NCBI GenBank assembly: GCA_015056005.1
Contig: SVHB01000004.1
Coordinates: 1-58,817 of the forward strand
Direction: 5' to 3'
Length of the DNA: 58,817 nt
Source: Clostridiales bacterium
Lineage (GTDB): Bacteria > Bacillota > Clostridia > Christensenellales > UBA1750
Translations under genes and position numbers: made by a program
Notes under the pieces: model-generated
The model's database searches: none
Told to the model about the DNA's origin: nothing
The model's input: only the letters and a program-made list of their open reading frames with translations
Shown: piece after piece, positions 9,425-18,023 of the stretch
Position numbering within the stretch: position 1 is the first letter of the stretch
Layout: each line of letters opens with the position of its first letter

Positions 9425-10300
9425 ATGAAAAGACCCTTAGGCGAAAATATATTTATCACAGTAAATACTATCGTCCTCACGCTCCTTTGCATACTGTGCC
9501 TGTATCCCTTCTTCTATGCCATCTGTGTATCCCTGAGCAATCCTCAGGAGCTGGCAAAGGTATCCGGCTTCATGTATAAGCCCGCCGGCTTCAGCCTTGA
9601 TGCGTATAAAGCCGTGCTTACAAACAGGCAGATATTCACCGGCTACAGAAACACGCTGTTTATCGTGTTTTTCGGTGTTCTGATCGAGCTTGTTATCACC
9701 ACCATGACCGCTTATGTTCTCTCCAGAAAGAATGTTCTTTGGAGAAACACTCTCATGATGTTCATCGTGCTCACCATGTACTTCTCCGGCGGTCTTATCC
9801 CCACTTATCTCATCGTCCGCGAGTACGGTCTGTATGACTCCCTGTGGTCTTTGATCCTGCCCGTTGCGATGAACGCGTATAACATGATCATTGTGCGCAC
9901 CTACATGGCGTCAATACACGATTCACTCTCAGAATCCGCCATGATAGACGGCGCCGGCCATTTCACGATCCTCTGGAAGATATTTGTTCCTCTGTGCAAG
10001 CCTTCTCTTGCGGTGCTCGTGCTCTATTCCGGCGTAGGTCACTGGAACGGCTGGTTCCGTGCATTCATATACCTGTCCTCTTCCACCAAATATCCCCTGC
10101 AGTTGGTTCTTAGAAACCTGCTCATTCAGGGCTCTACCCTTGATATGATGAACAGCATAGCATCCGGCGATCATGAATTTGTGCTCAACACCTTAAAACA
10201 GGCCTCTGTCATGGTCTCCACCCTCCCGATACTGTGCATCTATCCGCTGCTGCAGAAATACTTCGTCGGCGGTATCATGATCGGTTCAATCAAGGAATAA
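9425..10300 (+). CDS. carbohydrate ABC transporter permease (LplC-like)
   Basis: 291 aa, multi-pass membrane protein. EAA-type loop SAMIDGAGHFTILWKIFVPL. Starts 12 nt after the preceding permease gene. Confidence 0.9.
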   Translation: MKRPLGENIFITVNTIVLTLLCILCLYPFFYAICVSLSNPQELAKVSGFMYKPAGFSLDAYKAVLTNRQIFTGYRNTLFIVFFGVLIELVITTMTAYVLSRKNVLWRNTLMMFIVLTMYFSGGLIPTYLIVREYGLYDSLWSLILPVAMNAYNMIIVRTYMASIHDSLSESAMIDGAGHFTILWKIFVPLCKPSLAVLVLYSGVGHWNGWFRAFIYLSSSTKYPLQLVLRNLLIQGSTLDMMNSIASGDHEFVLNTLKQASVMVSTLPILCIYPLLQKYFVGGIMIGSIKE

Positions 10301-10351
10301 TTTACCCAACCTTTGCGCGGATGGTCCTCCCCGCGTGATCCCAATAATCGT

Positions 10352-10386
10352 AAAGCGCCATTTTTAGGATGGCGCTTTTTTCTTTA
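10352..10386 (+). terminator. rho-independent terminator of the ABC transporter operon
   Basis: AAAGCGCCAT / ATGGCGCTTT stem followed by TTTTCTTT. Confidence 0.8.
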
Positions 10387-10416
10387 TGGCTGATATGGTA
10401 TACTAAAAGAAAAAGG

Positions 10417-11328
10417 ATGAATGATATTATGAAGGACAGGCTTTTTGAAAGTACGCTGATATACGAAAACACATACAGGATAACCAACTGCTTTGACAGC
10501 CATGAAAGGATGAATACTTTTTCGTATCTGATTATAGGCGATGAAAGAGCGATGCTGATCGACACCATGTTCGGGTACGGAAATATCAGGGAATATTGCC
10601 AAAAGCTGACCGATAAGCCCGTAATTCTTGTCTGCACCCACTATCACGGCGATCACACCGGCGGAAATTTCGATTTTGACGAGTATTATATGCACGCCGA
10701 CGATATACCGTTCATGAAGAGCGCCTTTGACAGGGCGATGAATGATACTGCGGCTTACCGTAATATGCGCCTTTCGCAGATGAAGAACGCCGTCTTGGAT
10801 GAATTTAAGGAAAAAGTCACCGCAAACGATTTTTCCATGCCCCACCCTATTTGCATCTGGCCGATATTTGACGGAGATGTTTTTGACCTTGGCAAAAGGC
10901 TGATAGAAGTCGTGCACGTCGGCGGTCATACCCCGGGCGAGATCGTTTTGATCGACGCGGAGAATAAGCCGGCGTTCACAGGCGATGCCTGCAATTCCAA
11001 CACACTTCTGCAGCTCCCGGGCTCGCTTAGCGTTGAGGAGTATAAAGAGTTTTTGGTAAAGCTGAAGGGAAAGCAAAGCCTGTTCGACCATTGCTACGGC
11101 GGTCATGAGGATTTTGATTCTTCCATAGTCGATGAAGGTATCGAGCTTGTGGACAGGGTGCTTTCGGGCACCGACGATAAGGAGAAATCGGAGAGCTTTG
11201 GCAGGACCTGCTTTTATGCCGCTTATCACAAAGAATCCGGCAGGGGCAGAAAGGACGGCAAGCGCTTCAACATGGCGTATCTGCCCGACAACATTTGGAA
11301 AAAGGAAAAACAGGGAAGAATACTGTAA
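10417..11328 (+). CDS. MBL-fold metallo-hydrolase
   Basis: HxHxDH motif (THYHGDHTGG). The ORF-track start at 10369 lies inside the upstream terminator, so I use ATG 10417. ATG 10429 is also possible. Confidence 0.8.
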   Translation: MNDIMKDRLFESTLIYENTYRITNCFDSHERMNTFSYLIIGDERAMLIDTMFGYGNIREYCQKLTDKPVILVCTHYHGDHTGGNFDFDEYYMHADDIPFMKSAFDRAMNDTAAYRNMRLSQMKNAVLDEFKEKVTANDFSMPHPICIWPIFDGDVFDLGKRLIEVVHVGGHTPGEIVLIDAENKPAFTGDACNSNTLLQLPGSLSVEEYKEFLVKLKGKQSLFDHCYGGHEDFDSSIVDEGIELVDRVLSGTDDKEKSESFGRTCFYAAYHKESGRGRKDGKRFNMAYLPDNIWKKEKQGRIL

Positions 11329-11330
11329 TG

Positions 11331-11370
11331 AAAAAAGAGCACGATCGTTTGATCGTGCTCCTTTGGTTTT
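11331..11370. terminator. bidirectional terminator between convergent genes
   Basis: GAGCACGATC-GTTT-GATCGTGCTC (11338-11361), with an A-run on the left and T-rich sequence on the right. Confidence 0.7.
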
Positions 11371-11371
11371 A

Positions 11372-12943
11372 TCAGTCGTCGCGTTCCTTTTCAAAATCGT
11401 AAACTGCGCCGGTCAGAGCGTCGACGTCGCAGCTGTATTCATAACCTCCGGACTTGAACTCTATCTCGTATACCTGCCTTCCGTCGTCCCTGTCGAGCTC
11501 GCACTCAACTCTGCCTGCCTCGGATGCATCGATACCGGCCTTTTTGAATGCTGAATCAAGCGCTTCCTCGCGGGAGATAAAGGCCGTGACGGGCTTTTCT
11601 GTCTCTTGAGCGGAAGGTGCCGGTGATCCGGGCTCTGTCGTCTTATGCGTGTTCGAATTGGGCACGGCTGTGGCCTGAGGTATAATATAGTCTGCCCTTT
11701 CGTGGGAGTACTTATAGACCTTGCCCGTGACCGCATCGATCTCGTATTCGTATTCCAGATGATCTTCTGTTATGAACTCGATATCGTATTCCAATCTTCC
11801 GTCATCGTGGTCGAGCTTGCATTTTGTAAAAGTGACCTGATCGGCTTTAAGTCCTGCGTGATCGATAACGACGGCTTTTGCTTCATCTGAAGTGAGCTTA
11901 GCATCGCTGATTGTATTTCCTTGGATGTAATTCTCCTCGTCCTTAGTCTGAACGGGTTGTACATAATCATCGTCGTACTCTCTGCGGGAGTTTATGACCT
12001 CGCCGGTTTTCGCGTCTATATCGTAATCATATTCATATTCGTTGTACCCGAACTCGACCTCGTATACCATTATGCCTTTTTCCAGATCCAGTTCGGCTTT
12101 GCTGTAGCGGATTTCAACGTTGATGCCCGCATGTGTCAAAGCAGCGTTTATCGCTGCGTCCCTGCCGATATAGGATTTATCGCTGGCGGTCCCCACGGAT
12201 TCGACTCCGTCCAGCCCGCTGCCCAGCAAATTCAGCTGATTGATGGAGAGCTGAGAAAGGTCTTTTTCGTCAAGCGCAGTGTTCTGCTTTGTCATCTGCG
12301 ATATAAGCTGGGCCTTGCCAAGGGATATATCGTACTGTTTTGCAAGGGTCTGCGTGTTTTCGTTATCTTTTATGGTCTGGCTGAGCACTGCTCCTGTGAA
12401 CGCATCCGTATCAAGCAGCTTGCTCACGTCTCCCGTGAGCTTCTCCTGCAGCTTGAGACCTCGCTCAATATCGTCGTTATCGACCGATATAAGGATCGAG
12501 TTTGCGATCTCCGAGATATAGCCGTTTTTGAGCATGGAGCCTATAAGCGCATTTACTGCTGCATCAAGGTCGCTGCCTTTGAGCTCCATATCGCCTATAA
12601 CGGTTTGGGCTTCGATGTTCAGGGGCTTGACCGAAAGCACTCTTTCGTTTTTGTTGATCTCTATCTCAAGGCTTGGGTTCACCTCAAATGCGATAAGGCT
12701 GTCGACTGCGTTTTGGACATACAGCCTGTTTGCTCCCATCAGGCCCACTGCGCAGATGATGAGCGCTGCGGCGGCCGAGATAAGCCTTCTTGTGATGTTC
12801 CTTTTCTTTGGCGTAAAGCTTACGACGTTTTTGCTGCCCTGAGCAATATCGGTCATGATGGGGCCCAATTCGTCGGGCGCGGCGTTTTTGAACGCCTTTT
12901 TGACTTTTTTGTTTATCTGATCGTAGTTTTCGTTCCTTTTCAT
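11372..12943 (-). CDS. anti-sigma factor, single-pass membrane protein with three PepSY-like repeats
   Basis: TM helix LISAAAALIICAVGLMGA. Repeats YEYDYDIDAKTGEVI, EYEYEIDAVTGKVY and YEYSCDVDALTGAVY. Start set at the second ATG (12943), which follows a GGGGA SD. It begins 4 nt after the sigma gene stop. Confidence 0.7.
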   Translation of the reverse strand: MKRNENYDQINKKVKKAFKNAAPDELGPIMTDIAQGSKNVVSFTPKKRNITRRLISAAAALIICAVGLMGANRLYVQNAVDSLIAFEVNPSLEIEINKNERVLSVKPLNIEAQTVIGDMELKGSDLDAAVNALIGSMLKNGYISEIANSILISVDNDDIERGLKLQEKLTGDVSKLLDTDAFTGAVLSQTIKDNENTQTLAKQYDISLGKAQLISQMTKQNTALDEKDLSQLSINQLNLLGSGLDGVESVGTASDKSYIGRDAAINAALTHAGINVEIRYSKAELDLEKGIMVYEVEFGYNEYEYDYDIDAKTGEVINSRREYDDDYVQPVQTKDEENYIQGNTISDAKLTSDEAKAVVIDHAGLKADQVTFTKCKLDHDDGRLEYDIEFITEDHLEYEYEIDAVTGKVYKYSHERADYIIPQATAVPNSNTHKTTEPGSPAPSAQETEKPVTAFISREEALDSAFKKAGIDASEAGRVECELDRDDGRQVYEIEFKSGGYEYSCDVDALTGAVYDFEKERDD

Positions 12944-12947
12944 TTTT

Positions 12948-13496
12948 TCATCCCCTTTCAAGCATATCGCGCAGCTTTTTGAGGGCGCGATGGTATTTGG
13001 AAAGCACTGTGGGCAGCGGCAGGTCCAGCATGCTCGCTATCTCCCTGTGCTTAAAGCCCGCGCTTGCGTGCAGTATCACTATCTCACGCTCTTGGTCGGT
13101 GAGCTTTTCCATGCAGAGCCTGATGATCGCCTCGTCCTGAGGCGTGACGGAATTGTTGCTCTCGATATAGTCTAACCAATCCTCAAAAGGCTCAGCCGTC
13201 TTTTTTCTTTCCCTTAGCTTCATCAGGCAAAGGTTTCGGGCGATAGCCATTATGTACGCCATGGGTCTTTTTTGCGCTTTGTATGAGGCAGCGGCACAGT
13301 GCAGGTTTACATATGTGTCGTGCAGTACGTCCTGTGCATCGTGTGCGTTTTTCAGCATTGAAAGTGCGAGCGCATACACCGCGCCGTGCGTTATTTCGTA
13401 AATATCTGCGATCGCCTGCATATCACCCTGCCGAAGCTCTTCCATCAGGCTTTCCAGCTTGTCAATGCTTTCGTATGTTAATGTCAAGAAAATCAT
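12948..13496 (-). CDS. ECF-type RNA polymerase sigma-70 family factor
   Basis: Region 2 (DVLHDTYVNL) and region 4 HTH (HREIASMLDLPLPTVLSKYHRALKKL). Start moved to ATG 13496, which follows the SD GGAAACGAAGG. Confidence 0.85.
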   Translation of the reverse strand: MIFLTLTYESIDKLESLMEELRQGDMQAIADIYEITHGAVYALALSMLKNAHDAQDVLHDTYVNLHCAAASYKAQKRPMAYIMAIARNLCLMKLRERKKTAEPFEDWLDYIESNNSVTPQDEAIIRLCMEKLTDQEREIVILHASAGFKHREIASMLDLPLPTVLSKYHRALKKLRDMLERG

Positions 13497-13565
13497 AGGC
13501 CTTCGTTTCCTTTCATAGAATAAATGCACGAACACACCGTTTTATTGCGCGAGGGGGAATATTTT

Positions 13566-14106
13566 TTATGCTTTTTTTGGGAGAAGGCTTTGCCTTCTCC
13601 CAAACCCATCAGCTATCAGGGGGGGATGTTCGAGATGGCTGCGCCCTCTCGAGCTCTGGGCCCAGAGGATTGCATCCTCTGGACTCCGCGGCTGTTTGGT
13701 TGAGTAATTGAATACGTTGGCTTACGCGTTGCCCGTAAAGTGTGGGCAACGCGTGATTGCTTTTAAGGACGGTTATGCGATGGAGGTTTGGACAGCCCAT
13801 CGTCCGTTTCTGTTTTGCGAGAGCAAATTCTAACAGGGTCAGAGTATTTTGCGTGCGCGGATTATGGGTATGTGAAATTTATGACGGCTGGAGAATTGGT
13901 TGGTTTAAAAAGAAGGAAAAGTCGTTTCGCGCACATATCGCACGCCGAAGGCGCATATCGCTCACCGAAGGGGAATATCGCTGCCCGAAGGGGAATATCG
14001 CTGCCCGAAGGGGAATATCGCTGCCCGAAGGGGAATATCGCTGCCCGAAGGGCAATATCGCTTCCGCGCAAGCGGAAATATCGCTGCACTGTAAGTGCAA
14101 TAATGC
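13566..14106 (+). repeat. mosaic hairpin element, locus R1 (one arm plus array cargo; boundaries approximate)
   Basis: hp1a GGGAGAAGGC/GCCTTCTCCC at 13579-13601. hp1b TCGAGA..TCTCGA at 13630-13652. pal2 CCAGAGGAT-TGC-ATCCTCTGG at 13662-13682. CCGCGGC box. hp3 GCGTTGCCC-GTAAAGTGT-GGGCAACGC at 13726-13752. GTATTTTGCGTGCGCGG box near 13843. ATATCGC-hairpin array at 13935-14106. Confidence 0.85.
13966..14065 (+). repeat. 20-nt tandem repeat inside R1
   Basis: CGAAGGGGAATATCGCTGCC occurs four times without change (13966-14045), followed by one diverged unit. Confidence 0.95.
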
Positions 14107-14111
14107 TTATC

Positions 14112-14138
14112 AAAAAAGGCGCTGCAAAACAGCGCCTT
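14112..14138 (-). terminator. rho-independent terminator of trpB
   Basis: AAGGCGCTG / CAGCGCCTT stem. On the minus strand it is followed by TTTTTT. Confidence 0.8.
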
Positions 14139-14150
14139 AAATATTTGGAA

Positions 14151-15371
14151 TTACCTCAGACCGAAGTTTTCAAGAACGTAGTCCATGTCCTTGTCGCCTC
14201 TGCCGGAGAGGTTGATGAGCACGGAGCCGTGTTCCATTTCCTTGGCAAGCTTCATGCCGTATGCGACTGCGTGAGAGCTCTCGATGGCGGGAATGATGCC
14301 CTCGAGCCTTGAGAGCTTGAAGAATGCGTCGATGGAATCGTTGTCGTCGATAACGTCGTACTTGACTCTGCCGATCTCCTGCAGGAAAGCATGCTCGGGA
14401 CCGGAGGAGGGATAATCAAGACCGGAAGCTACGGAATAAACGGGAGCGGGATCGCCGTTTTCGTCCTTGAGCATGATGGAATTGAAGCCGTGCATGATGC
14501 CCTCGGTGCCGTATTTGAGGGAGGCTGCGTGGTCGCCCAGCTTGGGACCGCGGCCGAGAGGTTCAATGCCGTAGATGTCAACGGGATCGTTCAGGAATCC
14601 TGCAAACAGACCCGCTGCGTTGGAGCCGCCGCCCACGCAGGCAACTATGGCGCTGGGCAGATGACCGGTCATATCGATGAACTGCTCCCTTGCTTCGATG
14701 CCGACAACGCTCTGGAAATCTCTTACCATCATGGGGAAGGGATGAGGACCAAGCACGGAGCCGATGCAGTAAATAGCGTCGTTGTATTCCTTGCTGTATG
14801 CGTCAAAAGCAGCGTCAACAGCTTCCTTGAGGGTCTTAAGGCCATGAGTTACCTCGACCACGTTTGCGCCGAGGATCTTCATCCTTGCAACATTGGGAGC
14901 CTGCTTTTTGATATCGACAGAGCCCATGTAAATATCGCATTCAAGGCCGAAATATGCAGCAGCGGTGGCAAGAGCTACGCCATGCTGACCTGCGCCGGTC
15001 TCTGCGATGACCTTCTTTTTGCCCATGTATTTTGCCAGCAGCGCTTCGCCCATGCAGTGGTTGAGCTTGTGCGCGCCGGAATGGTTCAGATCTTCGCGCT
15101 TGGCGTAAAGCTGTACCCTGCCGCCCAAAGCGTCGGAAAGCCTTTCCAGATGGGTAACGGGAGTGGGTCTGCCCTGGAATTCCTTCCTGATCCTTCTGAG
15201 CTCGGCGATGAACTTTCTGGACTGAGCGATGGAATAATATGCCTGAGTGATCTCTGCCATTGCAGCCTTGAGCTTGTCGTCAACGTATACGCCGCCGTAC
15301 TTGCCGAAGAAACCGTTTTTATCGGGATAATTGTTGAAATAAGTATCGAAATCTACGTTGTTGAACTTCAT
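14151..15371 (-). CDS. trpB: tryptophan synthase beta chain (stand-alone)
   Basis: 406 aa. FGKYGGVYV, the PLP-lysine motif HSGAHKLN, and GGGSNAAG. No trpA or other trp genes in the window. Confidence 0.9.
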   Translation of the reverse strand: MKFNNVDFDTYFNNYPDKNGFFGKYGGVYVDDKLKAAMAEITQAYYSIAQSRKFIAELRRIRKEFQGRPTPVTHLERLSDALGGRVQLYAKREDLNHSGAHKLNHCMGEALLAKYMGKKKVIAETGAGQHGVALATAAAYFGLECDIYMGSVDIKKQAPNVARMKILGANVVEVTHGLKTLKEAVDAAFDAYSKEYNDAIYCIGSVLGPHPFPMMVRDFQSVVGIEAREQFIDMTGHLPSAIVACVGGGSNAAGLFAGFLNDPVDIYGIEPLGRGPKLGDHAASLKYGTEGIMHGFNSIMLKDENGDPAPVYSVASGLDYPSSGPEHAFLQEIGRVKYDVIDDNDSIDAFFKLSRLEGIIPAIESSHAVAYGMKLAKEMEHGSVLINLSGRGDKDMDYVLENFGLR

Positions 15372-15750
15372 TTTGTCTTCCTCCGAATGTGTTTTTGTCT
15401 TGCTTGGCGATGCTTTGATTCAATTTCGCCATCGCTTGGTCAAAAGTGCCATGTCTTCCTCCGAAAATAAAAAATCCCCGGCAGAGAATCCTTTGTTCTC
15501 TGTCAAGGACGAAACTTCTTTCGTGGTGCCACCTTGTTTACGGCAATAGCCGCGCTCTTTGATAGGATACCATCATATCCCCCGCAATTAACGTATGCGC
15601 TCACGTCGCAGAATACTCTGTAAATATTACATTTGACTGCGCCCTCGGCGGTCCATTTGATGACCTGTTTTTCGCCCGCTCTCAGCTAATCGGACTCTCT
15701 GTGGAAGCATGATCACCGTTATCTCCGCGTCAACGGTTTTCTGTTGAGTT
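15372..15750 (-). promoter_or_regulatory. T-box leader (tRNA-Trp-responsive candidate) controlling trpB
   Basis: The minus strand carries AGAGAG and the T-box sequence AAACAAGGTGGCACCACG (15522-15539). A terminator hairpin CAGAGAA/TTCTCTG follows, then GGGGATTTTTTATTTT. Candidate specifier UGG-A at 15653-15655. Confidence 0.8.
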
Positions 15751-15756
15751 TTGTAC

Positions 15757-15785
15757 ATAATACACCCTATTCAAAATCTTGTCAA
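15757..15785 (-). promoter_or_regulatory. sigma-A-type promoter of the trpB leader
   Basis: Minus strand: TTGACA (15780-15785), 17-nt spacer, TATTAT (15757-15762). Confidence 0.65.
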
Positions 15786-15805
15786 GCTTTTGTATAAAAA
15801 TTCAT

Positions 15806-16366
15806 GGGGATGGGGAGACGTTTTTTGAGGAAGGGCTTTCAGCCCTCCCTCAAACTCCCTCCCGACCAAGGGATTGCATCCCTTGGAACCCGCGGCATTT
15901 TGGGATCAGGAATGTTATGCTTTTGCGTCGACGTGGCCGTAAAGGGTGGCCACGTCGAAAATAGCAAAGCGCTTATTCAAAAAGGGTCGGAGTATTTGAC
16001 CCAAAGCCTAACTCTCCTAAAAATAAATCATGCGTGACCCACGAGGCGGTCGTGCGGAGCGCGACCGCCAATGATATACGCCTTGCGGCGTGTGATGAAT
16101 GATATATTCCTGCGGAATATGATATATGCGCTGCGCGCACATGATGGTTAGTAACCACCCAACCGTCTAACTCTCCTAAAAATAATTCACGAGTGGCCCA
16201 TACCTGCCGGGCCACTCGTAAGCTGAAGTATGAAATTCCTCAATCCAAAAGCTGCGGGATCCAAGGGATGCAATCCCTTGGTGGATGAGGGTTTGGGAGA
16301 AGGCGAAGCCTTCTTCCAAGAAAGAGAGCTCGAGAGGGCGCAGCCATCTCGAACGTACCCCCAAAA
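15806..16366. repeat. mosaic hairpin element, locus R2 (composite of a forward partial copy and reverse copies)
   Basis: Forward arm: hp1 15827-15851, pal2 15866-15886, hp3 15930-15956. Reverse arm: hp3 16191-16217, pal2 16261-16281, hp1a 16295-16317, hp1b 16330-16352. ATGATAT-variant hairpin array at 16071-16146. A truncated hp3 half lies at 16032-16040. Confidence 0.85.
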
Positions 16367-16367
16367 C

Positions 16368-17651
16368 CTACTTAATGCAGTCCTTGCCGCCCATGTACAT
16401 CCTGAGGGGCTCGGGGATAGCTACGGTACCGTCTGCGCGCAGGTTATTTTCGAGGAACGCGATGAGCATTCTGGGGGGAGCTACGACGGTGTTATTGAGG
16501 GTGTGGGGGAAGTAATTGCCCTTCTGCTTGCCGCCCTTTACGCGGATGCCGAGCCTGCGTGCCTGAGCGTCGCCGAGGTTGGAGCAGGAACCGACTTCGA
16601 AATATTTTTGCTGACGGGGAGACCAAGCCTCAACGTCGACGCTCTTGACCTTGAGATCGGCGAGGTCGCCGGAGCAGCACTCGAGGGTGCGTACGGGGAT
16701 ATCGAGGGAGCGGAAGAAATCGACGGTGTTGGTGTAGAGCTTCTTGAACCATTCCATGGAATCCTCGGGCTCGCAAACAACGATCATTTCCTGCTTTTCG
16801 AACTGATGGATGCGGTAAACGCCGCGCTCCTCGATGCCGTGCGCGCCGACTTCCTTGCGGAAGCAGGGGGAATAGCTGGTCAGAGTCTGGGGGAGCTGGG
16901 CGGGGTCGAGCATGGTGTTGATGAACTTACCGATCATGGAATGCTCGGAAGTACCGATAAGGTAAAGATCCTCGCCTTCGATCTTGTACATCATGTTTTC
17001 CATCTCGGTAAAGCTCATAACGCCGGTTACGACTTCGCTTCTGATCATGAAGGGGGGCACATAATAGGTGAAGCCCCTGTCGATCATGAAATCACGGGCA
17101 TAGGAAAGGATAGCGGAATGCAGCCTTGCGATATCGCCGGAAAGATAGTAGAAACCGTTGCCGGAGGTGCGCCTTGCGCTGTCCAGATCGATGCCGGAGA
17201 ACTTTTCCATGATATCAACGTGATAGGGAACCTCGAAATCGGGAACGACGGGCTCGCCGTAGCGCTCAACTTCCACGTTTTCGGAATCGTCCTTGCCGAT
17301 CGGAACGGAATCATCGATGATGTTGGGGATGACCAGCATGCGCTTTTTGATCTCGGCTTCGTATTCGGTCTCCTTGACCTCAAGGTCAGCAAGCTCCTTT
17401 GCCATTGCGGCGACTTCGGCCTTTGCCTTTTCGGCCTCGTCCTTTAAGCCCTTTGCCATAAAGCCGCCGATCTGCTTGCTGATAACATTGCGCTGGTTCC
17501 TCAGCTCATCGCATCTGGTGCGGGCTGCGCGGTATTTCTGGTCAAGGTCGATGACCTCGTCTACCAGAACCAGCTTGTGATCCTGGAACTTTTTCTTGAT
17601 GTTCTCTTTTACAAGATCGGGATTGGTACGGATAAGCTTGATGTCTAACAT
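16368..17651 (-). CDS. serS: seryl-tRNA synthetase
   Basis: The protein from MLDIKLIRTNPDLVKENI has a class II aaRS core (FRKE, GSCSN). The 51-codon N-terminal extension in the ORF track runs through the T-box leader, so I trimmed it. The start coordinate is good to +/- 1 nt. Confidence 0.95.
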   Translation of the reverse strand: MLDIKLIRTNPDLVKENIKKKFQDHKLVLVDEVIDLDQKYRAARTRCDELRNQRNVISKQIGGFMAKGLKDEAEKAKAEVAAMAKELADLEVKETEYEAEIKKRMLVIPNIIDDSVPIGKDDSENVEVERYGEPVVPDFEVPYHVDIMEKFSGIDLDSARRTSGNGFYYLSGDIARLHSAILSYARDFMIDRGFTYYVPPFMIRSEVVTGVMSFTEMENMMYKIEGEDLYLIGTSEHSMIGKFINTMLDPAQLPQTLTSYSPCFRKEVGAHGIEERGVYRIHQFEKQEMIVVCEPEDSMEWFKKLYTNTVDFFRSLDIPVRTLECCSGDLADLKVKSVDVEAWSPRQQKYFEVGSCSNLGDAQARRLGIRVKGGKQKGNYFPHTLNNTVVAPPRMLIAFLENNLRADGTVAIPEPLRMYMGGKDCIK

Positions 17652-17908
17652 TATGTTTTCCTCCTGAAAGAGTACCGGTCGGATAAAAAAAGATCCCCCG
17701 GCCATGATATTACATGGGACGGAAGATTCCGCGTTGCCACCCAAATTGCCGGCAGTATGCCGACCGCTCGTTTTTCGCTGTAAAGGGCGAACCCTCCGAC
17801 TCATCGCCGGCAGCTCGGAAAGCGGAAGCGAATGGGCTCAGCTCCGGCTCGCACCTTCCGCCGGCTCTCTTTGGCAAAACGCCCAACGCTGTTTTCGTCT
17901 GCGCTGTA
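17652..17908 (-). promoter_or_regulatory. T-box leader controlling serS
   Basis: Minus strand: AGAGAG, GGTG, and the T-box sequence AATTTGGGTGGCAACGCGG (17729-17747). A hairpin plus TCTTTTTT sits just before the SD. TATAAT at 17915-17920 lies upstream. Confidence 0.8.
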
Positions 17909-17944
17909 AACCATATTATACACGCTTTGCACAAATTTTTAAAG

Positions 17945-17990
17945 CCCCAAAAGCAAGAAAATGCGCCCGGTTTTTGCCCTGCGCATTTTC
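17945..17990 (-). terminator. rho-independent terminator of the lipid-kinase operon
   Basis: GAAAATGCGC / GCGCATTTTC (17957-17990). On the minus strand it is followed by TTGCTTTT. Confidence 0.7.
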
Positions 17991-18023
17991 TTATATCAGA
18001 AAGGAGGAGAACGTATTATCCTG

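Noticed and set aside
13579-13601. hp1 hairpins acting as rho-independent terminators for the flanking genes.
   Set aside because: The T-run lies on the 5' side of the hairpin for transcripts entering the element. For transcripts leaving it, an A-run follows the hairpin. Neither is the canonical geometry. Genes with clear terminators (trpB, aspartate kinase) have separate hairpins outside the element.
13609-13800. Recurring peptide-like strings across element arms, such as AA(G/E)S(K/R)GCNPLVDEGLGEGEAFFQ in ORFs 16230.., 54345..54536 and 58518..58799, and PILYG.. in 20507..21307.
   Set aside because: They follow directly from the conserved palindromic DNA. The copies lack consistent start codons or SDs and sit in different frame contexts. 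The compensatory stem changes argue for constraint at the nucleic-acid level, not the protein level.
13966-14065. Possible CRISPR array.
   Set aside because: The period is 20 nt, the units are identical, and there are no unique spacers of CRISPR size. There is no leader and the window has no cas genes.
13757-14312. ORFs through repeat R1 that translate to repeated GNIAARRGISLPEGEYRCPK units, together with antisense ORFs 13862..14113 and 13879..14100.
   Set aside because: The peptide periodicity only reflects the 20-nt DNA tandem repeat. There is no SD, all frames and both strands are open, and one ORF runs antisense into trpB.
17652-17804. N-terminal extensions offered by the ORF track: serS 17652..17804, trmK 21161..21307, lonB 26101..26247, oxidoreductase 58622..58681, sigma factor 13497..13535 and XRE 36527..36607.
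   Set aside because: The extensions run through T-box leaders, repeat arms, terminators or the preceding gene. Internal ATGs with good SDs give the family-typical N-termini.
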